A stretch of 64,000 bases of DNA from Thermoprotei archaeon (GTDB lineage: Archaea; Thermoproteota; Thermoprotei; Thermoproteales; B15-G16). Of this stretch, positions 31,474 through 39,914 are shown one piece after another. The stretch's first letter is position 1; every line of letters begins with the position of its first letter. The DNA is taken from positions 1 through 64,000 of the forward strand of contig QMRC01000006.1 of assembly GCA_003649205.1 (NCBI GenBank), read 5' to 3'. The notes under the pieces were generated by a model. It was not told where the DNA came from and searched no databases. It saw only the letters and a list, made by a program, of their open reading frames with translations. Position numbers and translations under genes: made by a program.

Positions 31474-33543
31474 TTACCCTCTTGCTTCACCTACTATTAC
31501 GAGCCAATCATGGTACGTTAACTTCTTAGCCGTCTCTAGCTTTATGTACTTAGCAGCTTCCTCAAGACTCTTGACTTCGTACACCTTCACTTCAGTAAAC
31601 CGGTAACCACCATATGAGAGAGGCCCTGCGTAGTCGTCTGGATCTATGTAGTCTGGACCCCATCCTAGTAAGTTAATGTCGAAGTCTCCAGTCATTATCT
31701 TCTGGTTGAACACTGGTCTCGATAGTACCTGTATCTTCACCTTGAAACCTAGCTGTGACCATGCTGCCTGTAGTATTGTTGCCATGTCTTGGAACTCCTT
31801 ATAGCCTTCACAGATCAGTATCGTGATCGTGTACTTTGTTGGGTCTATTCCTGCCTTCTTCAGCAATTCCTTAGCCTTCTCAATATCGTACTTGTAGTCA
31901 ATGACGTCATCACACTGGAATCCAAACATACCCTTTGGTATTACTCCATATGCCTTGAATGCTAGTCCGCCATGTGCGACCTTTATGATCTGATCATATG
32001 GTGTTGCGAATGCTAGTGCTTGTCTCACCTCAAGTATGTTGATTGGTTCTCTCTCACAATTTGGTACTATGTAGTCTATGACGAGTGTTTCCTGCTCCTT
32101 AATCACTAGCTTCCATGTCTTACCACCGTACTTCAGTGTGACACCCTTGACCTTGAATAGCAGCGATGGTGGTACTGCTGCATAGTCTAGGTCACCCTTC
32201 TTCAACAACATTATTCTAGTCTCATCCTCTGGAATTAGCTTGATAATCACCTTCTTGATCTTTGGCTTGTCCTTACCCCAGTAGTATGGGTTAGCTCTGA
32301 GCTCTAGGTACTGCTTGTGTACCCACTTAACTAGGTAGTACGGTCCTGTACCCACTGGGTGCTCATACACCCATGGATTGATCTCACCAGGTTTGATACC
32401 ACCGTGAGCTTCAACAACGTCCTTACATACTATACTTGCTGGTGATGTAGCTAGTATATTGAGTATTGCTGGGTATGGTGACTTCAGTACCAACTTCACA
32501 ACACCAGCTATCTTACCTTCATAACCGAAGAACTTCAGTAACTCGTCTAGGGACTTAACGGTAGCTACCTTATCTTTGAACTCAGTTACCAAACCTTTAG
32601 CTATGATCTTCTCAAATTTCTCGAGTGGTACAACAGCACACTTATTTACATCAATGAACGTCTCTATTAACCAGCATGGATCCTGATGCATTATGACTAC
32701 TCTCCTCAGTGAGTAAACTACGTCCTCTGGTTCAAGTGGATAAGTCTTGTTCTCCCATGGATCGTAGAATACTACACCACCTCTGATAACGAAGAACCAC
32801 ACTGTAGCATTCTCTGTATGAGCCCATGCAGCAGCTAGACAGGGTACTACGTACTTCGTCTCCTCCTTCTCATAGGTCACTAACTTGTCATATATCTGGT
32901 GCATTATCCACCAGTCAAAGCCCCAGTAGCTAACTGCTGGGTCTAGGCTATGTGGTTCCTCCGTTGCACCTACTCTGAAGATACCTGGTTCTGGTGCTGT
33001 TGGGTCTTTCTCTAGGTGATTGATCCTGAATACCAGTGTTGGGTGGAAGTAAATTCCCTTAACCCACTCCCAGTACACTCTAGGTCTCTTAAGCTGTGCT
33101 ACCCATATCAGTGGTAGCTCGTAGTTCGTTACCTTCTGAATGACCTTGTAGATGACCTCTCTCCACTCAGGATTTGTCGTGTATCTACCAGCCCAAATCA
33201 ATGCATCTAGTGTTAGATTGCTGTAGAAGCTAGGTGATATCGTTGAGTATGGCACTAACTTGTCCTTGGGCAGCTTCGTAGCGTTCTTGTAAGCTATGAC
33301 GAGGATTCTCTTAGCTACGGTAGGTTTTGCTGGTGGCTTCTTTGGTGGTGTTACAGCAGGTTTTTCCTCTTCAGGCTTAGCTGCTGGCTTTTTAGCTGCA
33401 GGTGGTGCTGGTGGTGTCTTTGGTGTTAGCAGTATCAATGCTACTGCAGCAATGACTATGATCACCGCTACTGCTACAGCAATCAGTACTTTAGACAAGG
33501 CGATATTTTTCCTACTTCTCATGAATGATTTACCTCCTCTCAT
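31474..33543 (-). CDS. Family 5 ABC substrate-binding protein, circularly permuted
   Basis: N-terminal anchor and Pro/Lys linker; SLDPA, GTGPY, WGPDYIDPD; the usual C-terminal segment lies near the N-terminus. Confidence 0.9.
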   Translation of the reverse strand: MRGGKSFMRSRKNIALSKVLIAVAVAVIIVIAAVALILLTPKTPPAPPAAKKPAAKPEEEKPAVTPPKKPPAKPTVAKRILVIAYKNATKLPKDKLVPYSTISPSFYSNLTLDALIWAGRYTTNPEWREVIYKVIQKVTNYELPLIWVAQLKRPRVYWEWVKGIYFHPTLVFRINHLEKDPTAPEPGIFRVGATEEPHSLDPAVSYWGFDWWIMHQIYDKLVTYEKEETKYVVPCLAAAWAHTENATVWFFVIRGGVVFYDPWENKTYPLEPEDVVYSLRRVVIMHQDPCWLIETFIDVNKCAVVPLEKFEKIIAKGLVTEFKDKVATVKSLDELLKFFGYEGKIAGVVKLVLKSPYPAILNILATSPASIVCKDVVEAHGGIKPGEINPWVYEHPVGTGPYYLVKWVHKQYLELRANPYYWGKDKPKIKKVIIKLIPEDETRIMLLKKGDLDYAAVPPSLLFKVKGVTLKYGGKTWKLVIKEQETLVIDYIVPNCEREPINILEVRQALAFATPYDQIIKVAHGGLAFKAYGVIPKGMFGFQCDDVIDYKYDIEKAKELLKKAGIDPTKYTITILICEGYKEFQDMATILQAAWSQLGFKVKIQVLSRPVFNQKIMTGDFDINLLGWGPDYIDPDDYAGPLSYGGYRFTEVKVYEVKSLEEAAKYIKLETAKKLTYHDWLVIVGEARG

Positions 33544-33665
33544 TGACTTTTTAGTTCCATGACAAAAGGATTATATAAAAGTTCTCTAAATTACATACGT
33601 TACAGTGACATGGTACAGTAGTAAATATTAGATATAGGGATCTATGTGTTGGTGCTGGTGGTTGT

Positions 33666-34403
33666 ATGGACTTAGTTATCAGGGTTGATGAGGACTCAAT
33701 ACGTAGCTTATTTACGAGGTATGGTATTCGTGTTGTTAAGCACGTTGTGTTGCTACATAGGTTGCTTCGTGTTAAGTATGTTGTTGGGTGTGGGAATTCT
33801 GCTAGGTTCTGTGACTTGGTGTTTGATACATCTCTTCTTGAGGTGTTGAGAAATGGGTGGTATGTCCTTTTCTGTCTTCGTAGAGGGGTTGATGTTGAGG
33901 GTATTGTTTGTAAGATTGATGAGAATGTCCCGTATATTGTCTTTGGTGGTAAGTTACGGGGTGTTGATGTTCTTTCATTGATTAAGGGTCTCTATGTTGA
34001 TTTAGTTGAGGAGTTTGGGTGCTATAGGTCGAAGGTGTTTAGATTTCTTAGGTCTATATCGCTTTCCTCAATTCTTAGAATGTTCATGATACCACATCTA
34101 TCACCTGTTAGGAGGGTTGATGTTGTTCGTAAGGAGGTAGTTGATAAGCTAGGTGCTGATAAGCTTCATGCAATCTCCATCATTGAGGAGGTAGTTGGTT
34201 TCTCTAGGGATGCTCTCGAGTTTAGAGTTCTTGAAGAGAGCGAGATTAGTTACCCAATGCTCTATGCTCTAGAGCGAAGTGGGAGAATTACTGTATTTGA
34301 CTTAGTTCGAGGTATTGAGGATCGTAGGTATGTAGTAATCCTCGAGAGAGATCAAGGGTATAGGGACTTCGTAGTTAATGCACTACGTGCTCAGAGGACC
34401 TAG
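33666..34403 (+). CDS. Hypothetical protein
   Basis: 245-aa ORF, no motif recognised. Confidence 0.55.
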   Translation: MDLVIRVDEDSIRSLFTRYGIRVVKHVVLLHRLLRVKYVVGCGNSARFCDLVFDTSLLEVLRNGWYVLFCLRRGVDVEGIVCKIDENVPYIVFGGKLRGVDVLSLIKGLYVDLVEEFGCYRSKVFRFLRSISLSSILRMFMIPHLSPVRRVDVVRKEVVDKLGADKLHAISIIEEVVGFSRDALEFRVLEESEISYPMLYALERSGRITVFDLVRGIEDRRYVVILERDQGYRDFVVNALRAQRT

Positions 34404-34439
34404 CACACATCACCTATCAGCGTTGACTGCGTTCATCAC
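34391..34439 (-). ncRNA. Box C/D guide sRNA
   Basis: GTGATGA, guide ACGCAGTCAACG, CTGA, tag, GTGATGT, guide GTGCTAGGTCCT, CTGA; two 12-nt guides. Confidence 0.85.
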
Positions 34440-34536
34440 TACTATGCTGTAGTTTAGGAGAAGAGTTTTTCTCTATACCTCTATCTGACGCTATGGATAA
34501 GTACTTCCTAGTTGAGTTAGATTTTGGTGAACTGTA

Positions 34537-36324
34537 TTGAAATCTAGCTCACTACTCACTCTAGCTCTTTTATGTCTTTTCCTTGTACTTAATGTAGGTG
34601 TTGTTGAGCCGATTATCTGTAACGGGGAGGAGTCACCTGGTGCTGTAATGAGTACCTACGTCTCTAGTATTGACTTGGGTCCTGGTATTGTAGTCATGTA
34701 TAGTGCTAATGAGTACGTACTTGTGTTGATTACTGAGCAACCGCCTAGGTACTTCTCTGAACCACTCCTCTATGTGTTGATCTATCTCGTGAATGCACGT
34801 ACAGGTCGTGTAATTGAGAGTTACTCAGGAGTTCTAAATTTGAGGTCGCGTACATTTAGTTCCTTTTCAGGTAAGTTATTCTGGTACTTCTATCCTCTAG
34901 CTATACCGAAGGGATTGAATATAGGGGACACGATTGCTTTGTACAATGGGACTAGGTTTAGAGTCTATGGTGTGGTTACTAAGGTCTTGCGAATTGGTGA
35001 AGTGAGTTACCCTGTCAAGGGTATTCCGAGGATTAAGGGTAAGCGAGTGATGCTTCTTAGGTGCTTGATGTTGAGTAATGGTAGTGATGTCATGTATTTT
35101 GACGAGTTTTCAGGTATCTTCGTGGAAGGTACACTTAGACTTCATGGTAGAGTACTGAGGCTAAAGCTCATTGCGACTAATGTAAAGTGGAGAATTAGTG
35201 AGTACTCCATACTAATTGATTGGTATAGGTTGAGAGATTTCGTACTGGAGCTAGAGCGTAGGTATCGAGATTTAGTTCACGTTAACGTAATAGGTCACTC
35301 AGTTCTTGGACGTGAAATCTACGTAGTTGAGCTAAATCCTGGGGCACGTTATACGATACTGATTACTGCGTGCATTCACGGTGATGAAGTTATCACAGCA
35401 GTTACCTGTCTACACACGCTCAAGAAACTATGCTCTCTAGTTCTGAACAATACAAGCTTTCGAGAAGAATTAATTAGATGCAATGTAGCTATAGCATTCA
35501 TACCAATGCTAAATCCTGATGGTGTTGAACGTGCGAAAATTCAACCACCAAACTTCCTCTTCCTATACTCTAGATGTAATGCTAGGTACGTAGATCTCAA
35601 CAGAAACTTCCCACAGTACTGGTTAACAAAGTATACAGAGAAATGTGTATATGGTACGGTAACGTACAGAGGACCTAAACCAGCATCTGAACCCGAGACT
35701 AGAGCATTGATGAGGTATGTTGAGAGTAGAGATGTGGTGCTCCATATTGATCTCCATTCAGGTATTAAGCTTATACTAGTACCATATGAGAATAGTGTAC
35801 GTGACAAAGTACTTAAGGAATTGATTCATGAAGTAGCTTCATCACTAAGTATAAAGGTAGTGCTAACAGCTCCTTCTGGAGAAGCTATTTGGTGGACCTA
35901 CCTAGGCGTAGAACCCACTAAAAGAGCACTATCGCTAATATATGAGATCTATCATGGTGAAGGTAAGGAAGACTACTTCCAAATATACAATCCAGTATCT
36001 AAAGAGGAAATAGAGAAAGTATGCGAGGAAACTTCTCAAGTACTCATCACAATAATTAGAAAGACCTTGAGAAATCTAGATGAAATAATTAAGATCAGAA
36101 AAGAGATCTCAACAAAGACAAAATATAGAGGTACTGCATTAGAGAGCCACAAAGTAGAGGAGACGAAGCAAATAACCTACATAGCAGCTTTAACCTTAGC
36201 ACCAATCCTCACAGTGATAATAGCTGTAGTGATTATGAAGTACGTAAAATCGTCACGAAACAACAAGGTATTTAAGGAGTACCTCAGTAGTGTGGAGGGG
36301 GGCCGAGGGCTAAGGTACCCCTAA
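34537..36324 (+). CDS. Membrane-anchored M14 zinc carboxypeptidase
   Basis: HGDE, NPDG, RCN..VDLNRNF, SEPET, DLHS; signal peptide and C-terminal TM. Confidence 0.88.
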   Translation: MKSSSLLTLALLCLFLVLNVGVVEPIICNGEESPGAVMSTYVSSIDLGPGIVVMYSANEYVLVLITEQPPRYFSEPLLYVLIYLVNARTGRVIESYSGVLNLRSRTFSSFSGKLFWYFYPLAIPKGLNIGDTIALYNGTRFRVYGVVTKVLRIGEVSYPVKGIPRIKGKRVMLLRCLMLSNGSDVMYFDEFSGIFVEGTLRLHGRVLRLKLIATNVKWRISEYSILIDWYRLRDFVLELERRYRDLVHVNVIGHSVLGREIYVVELNPGARYTILITACIHGDEVITAVTCLHTLKKLCSLVLNNTSFREELIRCNVAIAFIPMLNPDGVERAKIQPPNFLFLYSRCNARYVDLNRNFPQYWLTKYTEKCVYGTVTYRGPKPASEPETRALMRYVESRDVVLHIDLHSGIKLILVPYENSVRDKVLKELIHEVASSLSIKVVLTAPSGEAIWWTYLGVEPTKRALSLIYEIYHGEGKEDYFQIYNPVSKEEIEKVCEETSQVLITIIRKTLRNLDEIIKIRKEISTKTKYRGTALESHKVEETKQITYIAALTLAPILTVIIAVVIMKYVKSSRNNKVFKEYLSSVEGGRGLRYP

Positions 36325-36355
36325 CCAGGGGGTTGCCTCTACGCCCTCGGCTCCC
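36297..36355 (+). ncRNA. GC-rich long hairpin, candidate small ncRNA or terminator
   Basis: GGGGGCCGAGGGC pairs with GCCCTCGGCTCCC; inner AGGTA/TGCCT and CCCCT/AGGGG; G-U pairs favour + strand; TATTTAAG ~25 nt upstream. Confidence 0.5.
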
Positions 36356-36377
36356 TACACAAGTTCTCACAAGTTCT

Positions 36378-36974
36378 CTATGATGAAAGTACGTAGAGTA
36401 GGTATATCAGATCTGTGAGTATTAACATGTCCCCCGCTCTTTTCCCTAGACCTAAATCCTCTACCTGTTTGACTAGGTCTTCTAGTTCTGTTTCTAGTGG
36501 TATTGACCACTTGCTAATGAATTTACAGAGTTTAATTGCTAGTTCTGATGTGTATCTACTACTTAGCTTAAGTACGTGCTCTAGCTGCCATACATAGAAC
36601 TCTAGCTTTTTGCTCTTCTCCATAATTGTTATCTTAGCTAGTGGTTTGTAGCCTCTCTGTAGTAGGATTACGAGTGATAGTAGGAGTAAGGGAGTTAGTA
36701 TGCCTGGTGTGCACAGTATATCGAGTACTGGGTTTTGCTCTATTGCTGACTTCACTATCGCTAGAACATCCGCTAGTAATTTGATGAAGCCTCTATCTAG
36801 TGAGAGTATGTGGATGCAGATCCTATGTTGTAGGGAGCTTGTGCTTAGCGTGCTCTCTGTCTTCTCTTGCTGTAGTGTTATGACTATTGTTCTCGGTAGA
36901 TGTCTCTCCTCTATCTGTTTAATTAACTTCTCTGCGTCTGCTATGTGATCGCTGACTACGAGGTATGAGAACAC
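36378..36974 (-). CDS. Hypothetical protein, possibly degenerate CARF + wHTH (Csa3-like architecture)
   Basis: Rossmann-like alternation, then a wHTH-like end (VEDLGLGKRAGDMLILTDL). Confidence 0.4.
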   Translation of the reverse strand: MFSYLVVSDHIADAEKLIKQIEERHLPRTIVITLQQEKTESTLSTSSLQHRICIHILSLDRGFIKLLADVLAIVKSAIEQNPVLDILCTPGILTPLLLLSLVILLQRGYKPLAKITIMEKSKKLEFYVWQLEHVLKLSSRYTSELAIKLCKFISKWSIPLETELEDLVKQVEDLGLGKRAGDMLILTDLIYLLYVLSS

Positions 36975-36977
36975 GTA

Positions 36978-37190
36978 CTACACCTTTTGTATTTGTTTCT
37001 CCTGTGATTGTGGTCTAAAACCTCTTATATATGGACACCAGTCTAACGTCCATGGGTGTACAGGTCTCAGCTTGATTGGTCTTCTACCGTATTTCTCCTC
37101 TATTCTCCTAATGCATTCCGAAGGTCCTATTGGACAGATCTCACATCTCTTATCTATCTTCTTTGGTCTCTTCATGGTGTTTATCACCAT
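36978..37190 (-). CDS. Small Cys-containing basic protein
   Basis: CEIC...C...C; co-oriented with the adjacent gene. Confidence 0.5.
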   Translation of the reverse strand: MVINTMKRPKKIDKRCEICPIGPSECIRRIEEKYGRRPIKLRPVHPWTLDWCPYIRGFRPQSQEKQIQKV

Positions 37191-37247
37191 TCTCTTGGCT
37201 TTACCTATATATTGAGCACTTGATTTATTTAGTTTCTCGGTGTTACT

Positions 37248-37580
37248 ATGGTTCTTGAGTTACTTAGCTCTGTACTCACCAATCCTCGTGTAGTGATTGT
37301 TGCTCTCATTCAGTTTGCTCTTGGTTTTGCTCTTGGGTACCTAATGGTTAGGGTTGCTAAGTACTTACTCGCTTTAATTGCTATTTTTGTTCTTGGTACT
37401 GTTCTCAATGTTTGGTCTCTTGGTGGTAGTGTTGAGCAGGTGTTGAAAGAGCTTGGTCTTTATGCTGTGAAGGTCAAGGATGTTGTGCTTAGGTTCCTTC
37501 ATGTATTGGGTCTCTTGGTTGTAGGTCCTCTAACTCTTGGTTTTTTAGTTGGTTTGTTAGTTGGTGTCTTGAGGAGGTAG
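37248..37580 (+). CDS. Small membrane protein (FUN14-like)
   Basis: Three hydrophobic segments; LGFALGY, GFLVGLLVG. Confidence 0.65.
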   Translation: MVLELLSSVLTNPRVVIVALIQFALGFALGYLMVRVAKYLLALIAIFVLGTVLNVWSLGGSVEQVLKELGLYAVKVKDVVLRFLHVLGLLVVGPLTLGFLVGLLVGVLRR

Positions 37581-37584
37581 TTCG

Positions 37585-38448
37585 ATGAAGTTAGTCTTGG
37601 TTGTTGTTAGTGATGTTGTTTATCTAGATCGTTCAAGGGATAGGGTTGCTGATTGTGTTCGTGAAGTGCTGAGGGATTTTCCTGATGTTGTGCTGACTGA
37701 AGTGCTCTATGTGCCTAATGATGTTGCTGAGATTAGGAGGGCTGTTGTTGAGGGTTGTCGTTTAGGTGATGTTGTTGTTGTTTGTGGTGGTACTGGTGTT
37801 GGTGTTTGGGATGTGAGTGTTGAGGCTGTTAAGCCACTCTTTGATAGGGAGTTAAGTGGTTTTGGTGAGTACTTTCGATATGTATCGCTTAGGCAGGTTG
37901 GTGCTAGGGCTGTTCTCTCTCGGGCTGTAGCTGGTGTTGTTGGTAATTCTATTGTGTACGTGATTCCAGGTAGTCCTGAAGCTGTGTCATTAGCTCTTCG
38001 TGAGATAATCATTGAGATTTCTAGACATATCCTTGATTTACTTCGTGGTGTTAAACATTGGGAGATAGGTAATTGCATTGTATTTGTTAGAGATAGGTTG
38101 AGGGTACAGGATTTGCTTGCAGTCAATAGGGTTGTCTACTCATTGACTAGAGGTTCGGGTTGTGTTGTTTCGTTTACAGGTGTTGTCAAGGAGAGAGTTG
38201 GTGAAAGGATCGTTAAGTCTCTTCGTGTGGAGATTGATGTGAAAGAATTTGAGAATTTTTGTAGAAAGTTAGCTAGTGAACGTAGGTGCTCTATTGTAGC
38301 TGCTCTCTCACTTGGTGAGTTGATGCCTGGTGACTTCATTATTCACGTTGCTGTTATAGCTGAGAGCAGGCAGGTTGGTTTTTCTGTCTTAAGGGAAATT
38401 GTCGAGTTTTATAAGTCGAAGGGTATTAAGAAGGAGATAGTGGTCTAG
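37585..38448 (+). CDS. MoaB/MogA-MoaE fusion protein
   Basis: N-terminal GGTG, GFGE.FR, LSRA, PGSP; C-terminal SFTGVV, GEL.PGD, KKE. Confidence 0.8.
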   Translation: MKLVLVVVSDVVYLDRSRDRVADCVREVLRDFPDVVLTEVLYVPNDVAEIRRAVVEGCRLGDVVVVCGGTGVGVWDVSVEAVKPLFDRELSGFGEYFRYVSLRQVGARAVLSRAVAGVVGNSIVYVIPGSPEAVSLALREIIIEISRHILDLLRGVKHWEIGNCIVFVRDRLRVQDLLAVNRVVYSLTRGSGCVVSFTGVVKERVGERIVKSLRVEIDVKEFENFCRKLASERRCSIVAALSLGELMPGDFIIHVAVIAESRQVGFSVLREIVEFYKSKGIKKEIVV

Positions 38449-38918
38449 GCCGTATTCTGTACGTTCATGAATTTCTTCTGCTTTTCCAGTACTCTGATAC
38501 TCGTGATCTCAGTATAGGGGTATTGTCCGCTCTCATCCTTCTCATACTTCTTGACCATATCCCAAATCGCTATTAACGCCATTGCTGTCGCTACAAGCGC
38601 TTCCATTTCAACACCTGTCTTAGCAATAGCCTTGACCCTACACCTAACCACTACTTCACAGGTCTCCTCTCGTATCTCAATATCGGTATCAACACTCGTT
38701 ATAGGTATTGGGTGACAGAGGGGTACTAGCTCCGAAGTCTTCTTAGCAGCGAGGATAGCTGCTATCTTTGCCACTGAGATAACGTCACCTTTCTCTACCT
38801 GTCCCTTCTTGATAAGCTCCAGTGTGCTTGGTCTAAGTCTTATCCTACCTTCTGCAATAGCTTCTCGGTAAGTAACCTCCTTAGAACTAATATCAACCAT
38901 CTTGACACACATACGCAT
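38445..38918 (-). CDS. moaC: Cyclic pyranopterin monophosphate synthase
   Basis: MVDISSK, PLCHP, TGVEMEAL, WDMVK. Confidence 0.96.
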   Translation of the reverse strand: MRMCVKMVDISSKEVTYREAIAEGRIRLRPSTLELIKKGQVEKGDVISVAKIAAILAAKKTSELVPLCHPIPITSVDTDIEIREETCEVVVRCRVKAIAKTGVEMEALVATAMALIAIWDMVKKYEKDESGQYPYTEITSIRVLEKQKKFMNVQNTA

Positions 38919-39860
38919 TCACCTCGTGAAGTATGGTCTTCTCAACTTATTAGCTACCTCTATCCTCTTCATAACCTCAAGAACCTTCTCCTCAGGAGAA
39001 AGATTTGAGTAGAGTACGGGTGCTAGATCAACTTCAGGTTCTCGAAAGAGACAAGTCTTTAGCTTAGCATCGTGAGTCACCCTTATCCTTGTACAACGTG
39101 AACAGAACTCCGGATTCCTGTAAGACATTATCAATTCAACTCTTGTCCCTGTAGGGAGTATGTATACAGGTCTATTGTGAAGTTCTCTTCTAAGGACTTT
39201 AGTAGCTACCTTCTCGAGGTAAAGTGCTAGATCTCTTAAGCTCACATAGTACCTACTGAAGACTGTAGGGTTGAGATTTAGAGGTATTAACTCTATGATA
39301 GCTACATTAATACCTCTCTCACTGAAGTAGTTAATCATATGTTTTAACTCGTTATCGTTAATCCCTCGTAAAGCAACTACATTAACCTTAACCCTCAATC
39401 CATGGTCAAGAGCTAATTCTATACCGTGGAGTACTCTATTCAAGGCATCGACACCTGTAGCAACTCTGTACTTCTCTCTACTTAGCGAGTGAATACTAAC
39501 ATTGACTCTATCTAGACCAGCATCAACTAAGCTACGAACGTAGTTAGGTAGGTAGTACCCATTTGTTACCAGCGATACCTCACCAAGACCTCTAACCTTG
39601 AAGATCCTCACAATATCTACTACATCAGGTCTAATAAGTGGTTCACCACCAGTTAACTTGAAGTACTTAATACCCAACCTCTTAGCAGCTTCAGCAAGGA
39701 TCTCAAAATCAGTAACTCTTAGTAAGTCAGTACCATAGCTCTCACCTTCTCTATGGCAGAAGAAACACCTGTAGTTGCACCTAGAGGTAATGGAGATCCT
39801 CATATGAGTTAGAGGTCTACCATATACATCGATGAGTACCATGGTGCTGTCCTCCTTCAA
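38919..39860 (-). CDS. moaA: GTP 3',8-cyclase
   Basis: CNYRCFFC, TGGEP, FCSRC.RIR...LKTCL. Confidence 0.95.
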   Translation of the reverse strand: MKEDSTMVLIDVYGRPLTHMRISITSRCNYRCFFCHREGESYGTDLLRVTDFEILAEAAKRLGIKYFKLTGGEPLIRPDVVDIVRIFKVRGLGEVSLVTNGYYLPNYVRSLVDAGLDRVNVSIHSLSREKYRVATGVDALNRVLHGIELALDHGLRVKVNVVALRGINDNELKHMINYFSERGINVAIIELIPLNLNPTVFSRYYVSLRDLALYLEKVATKVLRRELHNRPVYILPTGTRVELIMSYRNPEFCSRCTRIRVTHDAKLKTCLFREPEVDLAPVLYSNLSPEEKVLEVMKRIEVANKLRRPYFTR

Positions 39861-39914
39861 GCACTCACAACATAGACCAAGCTACAATGTAAAAAATAAG
39901 TATTAACGCAATTG

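Noticed and set aside
33340-33425. Low-complexity GGT/GCT repeats
   Set aside because: They encode the Pro/Ala/Lys linker of the binding protein.
36380-36420. C/D sRNA starting at ATGATGA
   Set aside because: No D' or D boxes at the expected spacing.
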